From a virus: a stretch of 64,000 bases of DNA. Below the pieces are notes generated by a model. That model made no database searches. It was given only the letters and a program-made list of their open reading frames with translations, and had not been told where the DNA came from. Position numbers and translations under genes: made by a program. Of this stretch, positions 27,896 to 36,696 are shown piece by piece (position 1 is the first letter of the stretch; each line of letters starts with the position of its first letter). The stretch spans positions 1 through 64,000 of the IMG/VR virus record IMGVR_UViG_3300020450_000010. One strand, 5' to 3'.

Positions 27896-28849
27896 TTACT
27901 TTTCACCAATCAGCATATACCTATTATATTTCCAAGTTTCAATTTCACCTTCGAATAATATTTCTTTCATAGGATATTTTTCTTTTGCTTGTTCAATTCC
28001 AGTAACACAATTTATATGTTGTTCTTGTTCAAAAAAATCATTTGTTTGCAGACATACTAGCATGCCTTGAGGTAAATTATTATACCAATCTTCATTCATA
28101 TGTTCACAACTTGTGTTTATAACTAAATTTGGTTTTACATTTACATTTATTGCTTGATTCAGCTTATTTTTAATTTGGATATCAAAACTATCATTATTGT
28201 CATATCTAATTTCATCAACGTTTTTATGCACACTTTTAAACTGCCATTTATTCTGATACTGTTCATAATTAAAATCATCTGCAATTTCTATACAGTCTGG
28301 ATCAACTTCTAAATTGTAATAGTGTGAAACTCTAAAGTTATTGAAAATACTTTTAGCTACAGTTGCATACCATCCTCCATATTGTACAATTATGCCTAGA
28401 TATGTTTCAGGAAAAACTTCTTTTAGTTGTTCGACCATCCAACATTTACTTTTCATTTGTCCTCTACTAAAGTGTTCATTTAGATTAGCAAGCCTTTGCC
28501 ACTTTATACTCCAACTACTAATTTTTCTAATATAATCATCATTAATACAATAAGAAATATATCGCAAAACTTTTCGATGATTAACATATTCATATCCAGT
28601 ATAGTTGCTTAATAGAATATTTAAAAACTCATCAGTCAACTCAATTCGACCTCTGTCAATTTCACTGTTTAACATTTCTTTGATATTCCATATGTTGCCA
28701 TGTAGAATTGCATTGTAAATTTTTTTATATATTTCGAGTTCTGGATGATTGATATAGGTCAAATATTCATCTAAGCCATGCATCCAATGTAAGTTTTCTA
28801 CGTATTGTTTTCCTTCTACATGTGAACCTGTGTTATGAAGAGTCATCAA
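27896..28849 (-). CDS. class I SAM-dependent methyltransferase-like protein
   Basis: FSRGQMKSK, VQYGGWY, NLEVDP, VINTSCEH, Rossmann-MTase-like order. Confidence 0.6.
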   Translation of the reverse strand: MMTLHNTGSHVEGKQYVENLHWMHGLDEYLTYINHPELEIYKKIYNAILHGNIWNIKEMLNSEIDRGRIELTDEFLNILLSNYTGYEYVNHRKVLRYISYCINDDYIRKISSWSIKWQRLANLNEHFSRGQMKSKCWMVEQLKEVFPETYLGIIVQYGGWYATVAKSIFNNFRVSHYYNLEVDPDCIEIADDFNYEQYQNKWQFKSVHKNVDEIRYDNNDSFDIQIKNKLNQAINVNVKPNLVINTSCEHMNEDWYNNLPQGMLVCLQTNDFFEQEQHINCVTGIEQAKEKYPMKEILFEGEIETWKYNRYMLIGEK

Positions 28850-29537
28850 ATACCTCCTTTAGCCAATCAAAGTCGTTGATATTATTTAAAATATGTTTTT
28901 TATCTTTGTATTCGTATCCAAAATCAGCACCTTGTTTTGCTCCTAATATAGCATATTCACCAAACTCTCTATCTGCTCCTTTGGTCTGCCAAACTTTGAG
29001 TCTATATTCATTATCTAAGTTGTCACCGTGTGGAATAATAGCACTGGCTAGTTTTGTACATTCTCTGAACGCACTACGCCAAGCGTTAAATGGATCAGTG
29101 TTAAATGCTGTAATATTACTTATCTGAAACTTAGGTACAAAAGGACATCCTATTGTAGTTGTCATGTCTACACTCCAGTCCTGTGCTTCTCTCATTGCTT
29201 TGCGTTGAAACAGTTTAGCGCCACCATATCCATATAATAAGTCATTAACAGGATTACGACTACGCCATACATATACACATTCACTTTCATATACGCCGGG
29301 CCACTGTTCTTTATTTTTATCTGGTTTGAATCTAAAGCTAAACTCTTCGTCAATGATAGCATCAGCATCAATTACATAAAAATGACTGGTCTCTGCTATT
29401 TCAGCCGCGGCTTTGTGAGCTTCAAATATTCCTTTTACACCTTGTATACGTTTAGCATGGGGTGCAAACAGTTGTAGTAGTTCAAAATTATCATCAGCAT
29501 ATGGTTCGTGATAGCTGATCTGAATAACGTCTAACAT
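28833..29537 (-). CDS. GT-A fold glycosyltransferase-like protein
   Basis: ISYHEP, HKAAA, VIDADA (DxD), YGYGGAKL, AWRSAFRE; paralogue of 47034-48026. Confidence 0.7.
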   Translation of the reverse strand: MLDVIQISYHEPYADDNFELLQLFAPHAKRIQGVKGIFEAHKAAAEIAETSHFYVIDADAIIDEEFSFRFKPDKNKEQWPGVYESECVYVWRSRNPVNDLLYGYGGAKLFQRKAMREAQDWSVDMTTTIGCPFVPKFQISNITAFNTDPFNAWRSAFRECTKLASAIIPHGDNLDNEYRLKVWQTKGADREFGEYAILGAKQGADFGYEYKDKKHILNNINDFDWLKEVFDDSS

Positions 29538-29544
29538 ATAATTC

Positions 29545-29661
29545 CTATTCGTATATAAATGGGTCTCGTTTTTTTATTTCTTCTAATCGTTTTTGTAATG
29601 CTTTTTTCTCTTTATACCTAATCCAAGGCCATAATATAAAATTTATTATTCTGGTAAACAT
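29545..29661 (-). CDS. small hypothetical protein (38 aa, not in ORF track)
   Basis: Read by hand: MFTRIINFILWPWIRYKEKKALQKRLEEIKKRDPFIYE*; fills the gap between the carbamoyltransferase and the GT. Confidence 0.6.
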   Translation of the reverse strand: MFTRIINFILWPWIRYKEKKALQKRLEEIKKRDPFIYE

Positions 29662-31130
29662 ACTTCCACTCCATATTGTTTAGTCCAACGCTCTGCATCT
29701 TTTCTTGTGTTAACCAATGGTTCACCTTTTATGTTTAAACTAGTATTGAGTAACATAGGACAACCTGTAAGTTCATACCAACGTTCTAACAGCTTTCTAA
29801 ATCCTGTATTATCTGTTTTAGATACTGTTTGAACTCTTGAGGTGTTATCGTAGTGGACGATTGCTGGAAACTTAACAGGTTGTTTACATTCTGCTGTATA
29901 CTGCATGTATGGACCTGTTGGTCCTTTGAAGTAATCGCTTGCGTGTTCTTCAAGGATTGCTGGCGCAAATGGTCTGAATGATTCACGTTGTTTAATGCTG
30001 TTAACACGGTCTTTGACATCATCTCCACGGGGATCAGCAAGAATACTACGGTTGCCAAGAGCCCGAGGACCAAACTCAGCCCGTCCTGCCGCAACTGCGG
30101 TAATTTTTTTGGTTTGTAGTTGCCGTATAATTTTATCAACTGGATATTCTCCTTTAATGTTATGTCCTAGGTATGGCCCGGGCCAATCTATATGTTCACT
30201 TTTGTGTGCTAGTACACATCCTACTGCACTGCCTGCATCACCTGGATTAGGCATTATCCATACATTTTCAAAATGTGTATGAGCAATTGGATTCGCTACA
30301 CAATTTAACACACAACCTCCTGTAAGCACTAGATTCTTTTTACGACCATTTGTAAGATAGGCAGTGTGTCTGATTAAGCCTAAAAATATTTCTTCGTATA
30401 TACGCTGTACAGCGGCGGCTATATCTGCATAGTCTTGTACACTGGTTAATAATGGTTGCCAGTTCATGCAACCTCTGTGGCAATTGCGTAAGAATACAGT
30501 TTTACCATCTGTCATTGTGGGCATTTTTAAGATAAAATCATCTTTAATTAATTCATAATATCTATTAGGGTCTCCTACAGCCGCCATACCCATTAATATG
30601 TATTCATGTTCCTGTGGCTTTAGACCTATACGCTGTGTCATACCACTGTACCATATGCCTACGCTGTTAGGATAACTTTGACTCCATAGTTTCTTTAACT
30701 GATTGCCTTCGCCTGTCCATATGCTTATTGTTTCCCATTCACCTATACTGTCTATGCACAGTATTACAGCATCATCAAACGGACTGGTAAAATAACCTCC
30801 GGCGGCATGACTGTGATGATGCGTTGTTGTGCGTACACGTGGAGGATTAGTATACAATTTACCAAGCATACTTCTAGGCGAAGATTTTGTAAGTAAATTA
30901 TACTGTCCAGCGTACAACTGTCTTGTTTTCTTTAACCAAGGTCTTTCATAAAAGAAAATTTCATCAGGCTCGCCATGATACAATGCATCTACAAGTATAC
31001 CACGATTCAAATGCTTGTCATTTTTTATTCTACTGTAGCGTTCTGCATGAGAGGCAAATACAAGTCGCTTGTTATCAAAAACTGCCAAACTTGCATCATG
31101 TGCCATGCCTGACCAACCCCATGTAATCAT
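29646..31130 (-). CDS. O-carbamoyltransferase (NodU/CmcH/TobZ family)
   Basis: HDAS, ERYSRIKND, HHHSHA, GGCVLNC, GDAGSAVG, EFGPRALGNRS, FRPFAP, LNTSLN. Confidence 0.93.
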   Translation of the reverse strand: MITWGWSGMAHDASLAVFDNKRLVFASHAERYSRIKNDKHLNRGILVDALYHGEPDEIFFYERPWLKKTRQLYAGQYNLLTKSSPRSMLGKLYTNPPRVRTTTHHHSHAAGGYFTSPFDDAVILCIDSIGEWETISIWTGEGNQLKKLWSQSYPNSVGIWYSGMTQRIGLKPQEHEYILMGMAAVGDPNRYYELIKDDFILKMPTMTDGKTVFLRNCHRGCMNWQPLLTSVQDYADIAAAVQRIYEEIFLGLIRHTAYLTNGRKKNLVLTGGCVLNCVANPIAHTHFENVWIMPNPGDAGSAVGCVLAHKSEHIDWPGPYLGHNIKGEYPVDKIIRQLQTKKITAVAAGRAEFGPRALGNRSILADPRGDDVKDRVNSIKQRESFRPFAPAILEEHASDYFKGPTGPYMQYTAECKQPVKFPAIVHYDNTSRVQTVSKTDNTGFRKLLERWYELTGCPMLLNTSLNIKGEPLVNTRKDAERWTKQYGVEVCLPE

Positions 31131-31477
31131 TTATTCTTCTTTTCCATATATCGTTTTACAACTGGCATTAATTGTTGATGTGTATCATTAAACCATTCAG
31201 ACACATGATAATCTACACGCCTAGGCTTTTGTATTTTTTTATCAACAGTGTCCATCCACACAATATAATCAGGATCCAGTTGATCTATGCTTGATTGTAG
31301 TTTACATCTTTTATCAACTACTACCATCTTACCTGTGCTAAGAATGCCATCTATATATGCACGTAGATCCCCATCATAACTATCTTTGTTTACATATGTC
31401 GCGCCTATAAGTTCAGCAAATGGTTTAGCTAGTGTTGTTTTTCCTGATCCTTCTTCGCCGCAAATTAATATAATCAT
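31127..31477 (-). CDS. small P-loop kinase, adenylylsulfate-kinase-like
   Basis: ICGEEGSGKTTLA, DYIVWMDT; only 116 aa. Confidence 0.6.
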   Translation of the reverse strand: MIILICGEEGSGKTTLAKPFAELIGATYVNKDSYDGDLRAYIDGILSTGKMVVVDKRCKLQSSIDQLDPDYIVWMDTVDKKIQKPRRVDYHVSEWFNDTHQQLMPVVKRYMEKKNK

Positions 31478-32220
31478 ATTGTAAAAATATTCCCTGGATT
31501 TGCATTGTCCAATAATTGTTGTGTACGTTCAGTTTTAAGTCCAGTCATTTGTAGCACTGCTCTAGGACTACTACTTGCATTAGCTGTACAGTGTGGGACA
31601 TTACTCCAATCAAAAACATGTACTTCGCCTGCTTGCCATTTATCATACATACAGTTGCCATATGTGTAGAAGTGACCTGGTTGCCAATCATCTAACATAA
31701 TAGTAATACGCACAATACGCTCTGGATCGTTTGGACATCTATCCCAAAGTTTGTCAATGTGCATGTTAAACATTTGTCCGGTCATCTGTACGTGTGCTTG
31801 CCATTTAACTAAACTAACACCGTCACTAGTTAGTTTAAAGTAGTCCATCATTTTATACAGTGTAGGATATTCAACTGACCAATCTGCAAAACTGTTTTTG
31901 TTCGTAAGCATTAATCCTTTAGGATCTCCGCCTGCTTGTTGAATATCATATTCTTCCTGTGTAAGCATTTCTGGATCTTTTTTCTTTTGTGCAAAATGTT
32001 TACGTGTTGCCCAATTTACCGGATGACATGCACTTACAAGTCTATCACGTTCCTCTTTCCAATCGCCTTCGAATCTGCCTATTACATCAAACCAATCACC
32101 AGGTTGGTCTTGTATTGTATCGTCAAAATGATATTCACTGTGTGCTACAGTCCAGTCCCAACTACTAGGATAATCATTGGGATCAGCTAGTGTTTTATTC
32201 CAATTAGTTTGATGTTTCAT
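31474..32220 (-). CDS. Fe(II)/2OG oxygenase-like protein
   Basis: FNMHID...WQAGEV..FDWSNVPHCTAN..PR. Confidence 0.7.
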   Translation of the reverse strand: MKHQTNWNKTLADPNDYPSSWDWTVAHSEYHFDDTIQDQPGDWFDVIGRFEGDWKEERDRLVSACHPVNWATRKHFAQKKKDPEMLTQEEYDIQQAGGDPKGLMLTNKNSFADWSVEYPTLYKMMDYFKLTSDGVSLVKWQAHVQMTGQMFNMHIDKLWDRCPNDPERIVRITIMLDDWQPGHFYTYGNCMYDKWQAGEVHVFDWSNVPHCTANASSSPRAVLQMTGLKTERTQQLLDNANPGNIFTI

Positions 32221-32892
32221 TTATATAGTATCCTTTTCTATATGAGGTACACTACCATCTATCATATGCCCTACATTATTTCTTCGTCTGTCTAACCAAC
32301 TATGCTCTACGTAGTGTACATACTTTGCATTTGGATCTTTGTTAAGTATATAGTGCAAACGTTCATTAGTATAATCTACAGGAATATCTAGTACGCTGTC
32401 AAGACTTTTAACATACTGATGTCTAAACATGTAAAGCAATTCAACACTTAAAAACGTATGTCGATACTCAATAATATCTTCAATCTTATTTAAGTAGTTA
32501 TGCAAACTCTCAACACCACGTTTACGTAATTGGTTTTGTGCAGTAATGTTTTGGTCTCTACCTATAATACCAACTTGCAAATTACCTTTTTCATTAAGCC
32601 TACGCAATACTTCTTTATAGTTAGGATATTTTGTGTGTCTTACACCGTCTTTGTCTTTATCAACATAAGGACCACTAACACTTAGAACATAGTTTTCATG
32701 TTCTGTCCAGTCATAGTTGTCAATGTTTTCAGGTGTATTCCAAATATCTTTGAACGGAGCATTGTCGTGGTTAATCCAATACTCACGCAGTAGTTGGTCC
32801 CAGCCATGCACATTGCTGTGCATAGATAAGACCTTACTAAACACATGATTGCCAGTACCTTGCGGACCACTGATTACTAAAATGTTTGCCAT
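32221..32892 (-). CDS. P-loop / sulfotransferase-like protein
   Basis: N-terminal ISGPQGTGNHVFSKVLS, IIGRD resembling the 5'- and 3'-PAPS-binding positions (inference). Confidence 0.5.
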   Translation of the reverse strand: MANILVISGPQGTGNHVFSKVLSMHSNVHGWDQLLREYWINHDNAPFKDIWNTPENIDNYDWTEHENYVLSVSGPYVDKDKDGVRHTKYPNYKEVLRRLNEKGNLQVGIIGRDQNITAQNQLRKRGVESLHNYLNKIEDIIEYRHTFLSVELLYMFRHQYVKSLDSVLDIPVDYTNERLHYILNKDPNAKYVHYVEHSWLDRRRNNVGHMIDGSVPHIEKDTI

Positions 32893-33956
32893 TATTTTAC
32901 TAACTCTGATTTGTATACTGCTTTGATACCAAATGCTTCAGTGTTAAATTGTACCAGTGTTTTTAGTGCATCAGATGTAACAAACGTCATCAATGTATCA
33001 ACTTGTGCATTGCCGGCATCACCAAGCATCCATTCGTACTTGCCGACTTTCTTTTGAATCTTTTTGATTGACTCAGGATTATTTGCTACTTTTTCTAAAA
33101 CCGCAATTAGTTTTGCTTTGTTTGGATTGTCTTTGTTTACCCAAATTGCTTTTTGTAAACCATCACGAAATGATTTTGCAAGTTTATATGCATCATATAA
33201 AACGCTGTCTGGTTGTTCACCGTGAAGTTCGACAAATAATTCTTCCATTTGAATTCCTGGATAATTTGGATCATCTGCATGTGAACCGTCTGGTTGTAAG
33301 ATACCATGATGGAACCATAAACGTGCTTCGCCTTTATCAATAACTGGCTGTACATGTTTTTTGAAACTTGCAGGATTTTCTCTAGTACCATGTAATTCGC
33401 CACGCTTAAATGCTAAACGTCTTTCATTACCTTTCATACCTTTAATCCAATTTACTTTTTCTTTGAAGCAAGAAACGTATGCTTCAATAGTTGGCAAGTT
33501 ACCACACTTTAGTAGTGTCATAGCAATTCCCTCAGGAATCTTACCGCCGCCTCCGCTAAATGAAGTAGGTGTTTTGCCGTATGGGTCGTGGTCGCCAAAT
33601 ACTGCGGTAATAATATTTAGATTCATAAGACCAATACTATCATAATCTTTATAGTTGTAGTCAACTTTTTCGTTAAGAAAACTAATTCCGTTTCCTCCAT
33701 TACTGACCATAAGTGTTTTATCATCGAATCTAAATTCATTATGAAATTTGTTGAAGCCTGGAATATCTCTTGCACCTTTGATATGCTTGAGGATAATCTT
33801 CTCTCCATCTAAATATTTTTCCATCTCTGTGGCAACAATTTGTGCCCATTGGCTTGTTCCGCCTCCCGGCTTTTGTGGGACAACCATTGTATAATCAGCC
33901 AATGCTGATGTTGTAAATCCTAGTAATGCTACTAGTGTTAGTAAACTTTTATGCAT
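32892..33956 (-). CDS. tctC: tripartite tricarboxylate transporter substrate-binding protein (TctC/Bug family)
   Basis: Signal peptide ending ALA-D; VVPQKPGGGTS motif; adjacent to tctA. Confidence 0.75.
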   Translation of the reverse strand: MHKSLLTLVALLGFTTSALADYTMVVPQKPGGGTSQWAQIVATEMEKYLDGEKIILKHIKGARDIPGFNKFHNEFRFDDKTLMVSNGGNGISFLNEKVDYNYKDYDSIGLMNLNIITAVFGDHDPYGKTPTSFSGGGGKIPEGIAMTLLKCGNLPTIEAYVSCFKEKVNWIKGMKGNERRLAFKRGELHGTRENPASFKKHVQPVIDKGEARLWFHHGILQPDGSHADDPNYPGIQMEELFVELHGEQPDSVLYDAYKLAKSFRDGLQKAIWVNKDNPNKAKLIAVLEKVANNPESIKKIQKKVGKYEWMLGDAGNAQVDTLMTFVTSDALKTLVQFNTEAFGIKAVYKSELVK

Positions 33957-35385
33957 AGTCTATCCTTCCTTTTCTTAATATGCTGTATAAAAACACACCA
34001 ATAGTAATTACTATTAGTGTCATGAATATTGGTCTCGTAACCAATGTGTCTACAGTGTAAAGCCCTGTAATCTGAAGTGTAAGTCCTTCAACTTTTTCTG
34101 CTAGGATGTATCCTATTAAACATGCAGGTCGACTAAATTTAAAATGTCGCATAGTAAATCCTATACAAGAAAATATTGCTAACATTGCTAAGTCTTCCCA
34201 GCCACCTGTGTATTGCATTGATGTAAAAATTATTAATGCAAGTAATACAGGAAAGTAATACTTGTATGGCACTGCGGCTAGTCTACTAATCGGTTTAATT
34301 AGTAACATACAAATTAGTGCAACAATTACAGTTGCTCCTAAAAAGCCAAATGTCATAGCTGTGAACAATTGAGTATCATCTGCTATATCGGGTGTGCCTA
34401 GTTCAATATTTAGATACATAAACAAACTCATAAGTATGGCGGCAAATTTTGCTCCGGGTATTCCAAATATAACAGTAGTAATCATGCTTGTTGCTTTTTG
34501 TGCATTGTTTGCGCCTTCTGGTCCTATAACACCTTTGATGTTACCGTTACCAAACTTTTCTTTTGGATTGGCGGCTACTGCTTGACCATATGCCATCCAG
34601 TCTGCCATTTGTCCTCCAAGTCCTGGAAGTAACCCAATGAATGCACCAATAAATCCTCCACGCAATGCAAGCCATCTATTATCCCAACTTGCTTTTATTC
34701 CTGCCCATAGTTCTCCTTTACGGATTTGACTATCAGCAGTACTATGTTTTAAAAACAAACCTCTTGTAAGTTCTGGTATAGCAAACAAACCTGCGGCGAC
34801 TGCCATAATCTGTATGCCATCTTCTAGATAAAACCATCCCATTGTCATTCTTGGTTCATTGTTATCTGGATTAACACCCACCATTCCTATTAGTATTCCG
34901 AATGCAATAGCCAATATACTACGTAGCCAATATTGATTACTTAAAAATCCTACAGTTGCTAGTGCAAGTAATGTAAAAGCCCAGAGCTCTGGAATACCAA
35001 ATATGTATATTAGGTTAGTATACCACGGAAGTAATAAAAATACTAAACAACCCCATAGCAATCCATTTACAGTACTAGTTGTAACTGCGGCACTAATAGC
35101 ATATCCTGCTCTGCCACGTTGTGCTAGGGGAAATCCATCTACCATAGTAGCCGCGGCACTATTTGCACCAGGAATACCCAATAGGATTGCAGTAAAACTA
35201 TCTCCAGTTGTACTTGCGGCTACAACAGCCATTATAAAAATAACACCCAAATAAGGGTCATATGCAAAGTAACTAATAAATCCAAATAGTGCAATTAGTC
35301 CTGTGCTTGCTCCTGCACTAGGAATAATTCCTATTATTAATCCATATAGTATACCTGCAAATAATATTGCAATTGATTCTAGCAT
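33949..35385 (-). CDS. tctA: tripartite tricarboxylate transporter large permease TctA
   Basis: GIIPSAG, AILLGIPG, DGFPLAQRGRAG, GLLPGLG, PEGANNA, GIPG; many TM helices. Confidence 0.9.
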   Translation of the reverse strand: MLESIAILFAGILYGLIIGIIPSAGASTGLIALFGFISYFAYDPYLGVIFIMAVVAASTTGDSFTAILLGIPGANSAAATMVDGFPLAQRGRAGYAISAAVTTSTVNGLLWGCLVFLLLPWYTNLIYIFGIPELWAFTLLALATVGFLSNQYWLRSILAIAFGILIGMVGVNPDNNEPRMTMGWFYLEDGIQIMAVAAGLFAIPELTRGLFLKHSTADSQIRKGELWAGIKASWDNRWLALRGGFIGAFIGLLPGLGGQMADWMAYGQAVAANPKEKFGNGNIKGVIGPEGANNAQKATSMITTVIFGIPGAKFAAILMSLFMYLNIELGTPDIADDTQLFTAMTFGFLGATVIVALICMLLIKPISRLAAVPYKYYFPVLLALIIFTSMQYTGGWEDLAMLAIFSCIGFTMRHFKFSRPACLIGYILAEKVEGLTLQITGLYTVDTLVTRPIFMTLIVITIGVFLYSILRKGRIDYA

Positions 35386-35494
35386 TATAATTTCCCCATA
35401 GCGAAGCCACAGCCGAGTAGACTGCGGAATAAAAAATTTAATGAAAATTTATTACTGAACTTCTGCTATAGAGCGTTAGTAATAATGTACATGC
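35386..35494 (-). promoter_or_regulatory. structured 5' leader of tctA (two hairpins; candidate cis-regulatory RNA)
   Basis: Hairpin 35449-35485 (TTATTACT...AGTAATAA), hairpin 35407-35427 (CCGCAGTC-TACTC-GGCTGTGG on the - strand); largest non-coding gap in the cluster. Confidence 0.45.
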
Positions 35495-36175
35495 TTATTT
35501 AGTACGCCAAACAAAGTACAATCTATTTTTGTGCGTGTCTGTCCTAATATCTAGAATGTCAACATTAAGTTGTTCAGCACAATTTACAATAAAATTGCTA
35601 TCCCAAGGGTAAAAATAAATCCAATTACTTTCATCTGGTTCGTGTGGTAGTCCAGGGTTTGCTCTAAAGAACATTACTGCACCCGGATTACACAAACTAA
35701 CTGCATGTTCTAATTCTGCAAATATTTTATCAGTACTACCAAAGTTAATTGAACCTAGTGCTAGTGTGACGTCAAACTTTTCTTCAGGATGATAGTCCAA
35801 TAGTTTAACTTGATAGTCAGCTTTTTTGTTGTAAGGATCTATTCCAACAATATTATGTATTTTATTTTTAAATTCATGATATCCGCAACCAATGTCAAGC
35901 ACACGTCTTGGCTTGAGATTGTTTACTTCATCTATTAGTGTAAGTCCACTATACTTGAACTTTTTCATATGACCTTGCCATACTTCGCCAAAATAACGAG
36001 CAAGTACTTTATCGTCTATTCTATCTACCAGTTCACCTATGTTATGATAATCAACATCTTGTAGCTCAACATCAAATGTACCTTGTATTGCTTGTCTAAG
36101 AGTTTCAGGGTTGCGTAACAATTGAGGGCTAGTGTGTATAACTTGTTCAAGTTTGTGTAAAATTTTATGATTCAT
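35495..36175 (-). CDS. class I SAM-dependent methyltransferase
   Basis: VLDIGCG, VGIDP, FDVTLALGSINF, LCNPGA. Confidence 0.85.
   Translation of the reverse strand: MNHKILHKLEQVIHTSPQLLRNPETLRQAIQGTFDVELQDVDYHNIGELVDRIDDKVLARYFGEVWQGHMKKFKYSGLTLIDEVNNLKPRRVLDIGCGYHEFKNKIHNIVGIDPYNKKADYQVKLLDYHPEEKFDVTLALGSINFGSTDKIFAELEHAVSLCNPGAVMFFRANPGLPHEPDESNWIYFYPWDSNFIVNCAEQLNVDILDIRTDTHKNRLYFVWRTK
35496..35502 (-). promoter_or_regulatory. late promoter-like motif CTAAATA
   Basis: TAAATA core overlapping a stop codon, directly upstream of the structured leader. Confidence 0.4.
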
Positions 36176-36696
36176 ATATTATACTCAGCTAAAAATACAT
36201 CATTATGATTATGATGTTGTACCCATTGTAACATATTTTTCTGGGCAAAGTCAAGTATTAATTTATTTTGTTGTGCAATTTGTTTTCGCATGCCATCTTC
36301 ATCAACATACCAATCATAGTTGGGATATGTAATACCGAACCCACCAGCTCTTAACCACCAATCTAAGCTCGCATCATTTGGTCTGTACACCAGTTTAATA
36401 GTTGCGTTAGGATATTGATCAATGATCTGATCAAAGTAGTAGGGCCATTCGTGGCTCATTAGTAATTTAATACCTGTGCCATTAAATGGTGCTAGTAAGT
36501 TTTCTATATTGAGATCAACAGGAAACTCCATTCCTGTACCAAAGTAACTCTCTTTGTGTCCACTAAATTCGTTATGCTCATAAACTCTGTGTGGTGCTCT
36601 GTCACTAATATCATATTCAGGATCTTGTTTTATTTCTCTGGCAATACCACTCCATTTACTGCCAGGAACACCAGTAAAAAATATTAGATTATTCAA
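36172..36696 (-). CDS. sulfotransferase-like P-loop protein
   Basis: FTGVPGSKWSG, MSH, LVYRP...WW pattern (inference). Confidence 0.5.
   Translation of the reverse strand: MNNLIFFTGVPGSKWSGIAREIKQDPEYDISDRAPHRVYEHNEFSGHKESYFGTGMEFPVDLNIENLLAPFNGTGIKLLMSHEWPYYFDQIIDQYPNATIKLVYRPNDASLDWWLRAGGFGITYPNYDWYVDEDGMRKQIAQQNKLILDFAQKNMLQWVQHHNHNDVFLAEYNI

Noticed and set aside
35466-35492. Tiny ORF MYIITNAL* in the tctA leader as an attenuator peptide
   Set aside because: Eight codons with no RBS and no diagnostic codon run; cannot be told from chance, though a leaderless uORF is conceivable.
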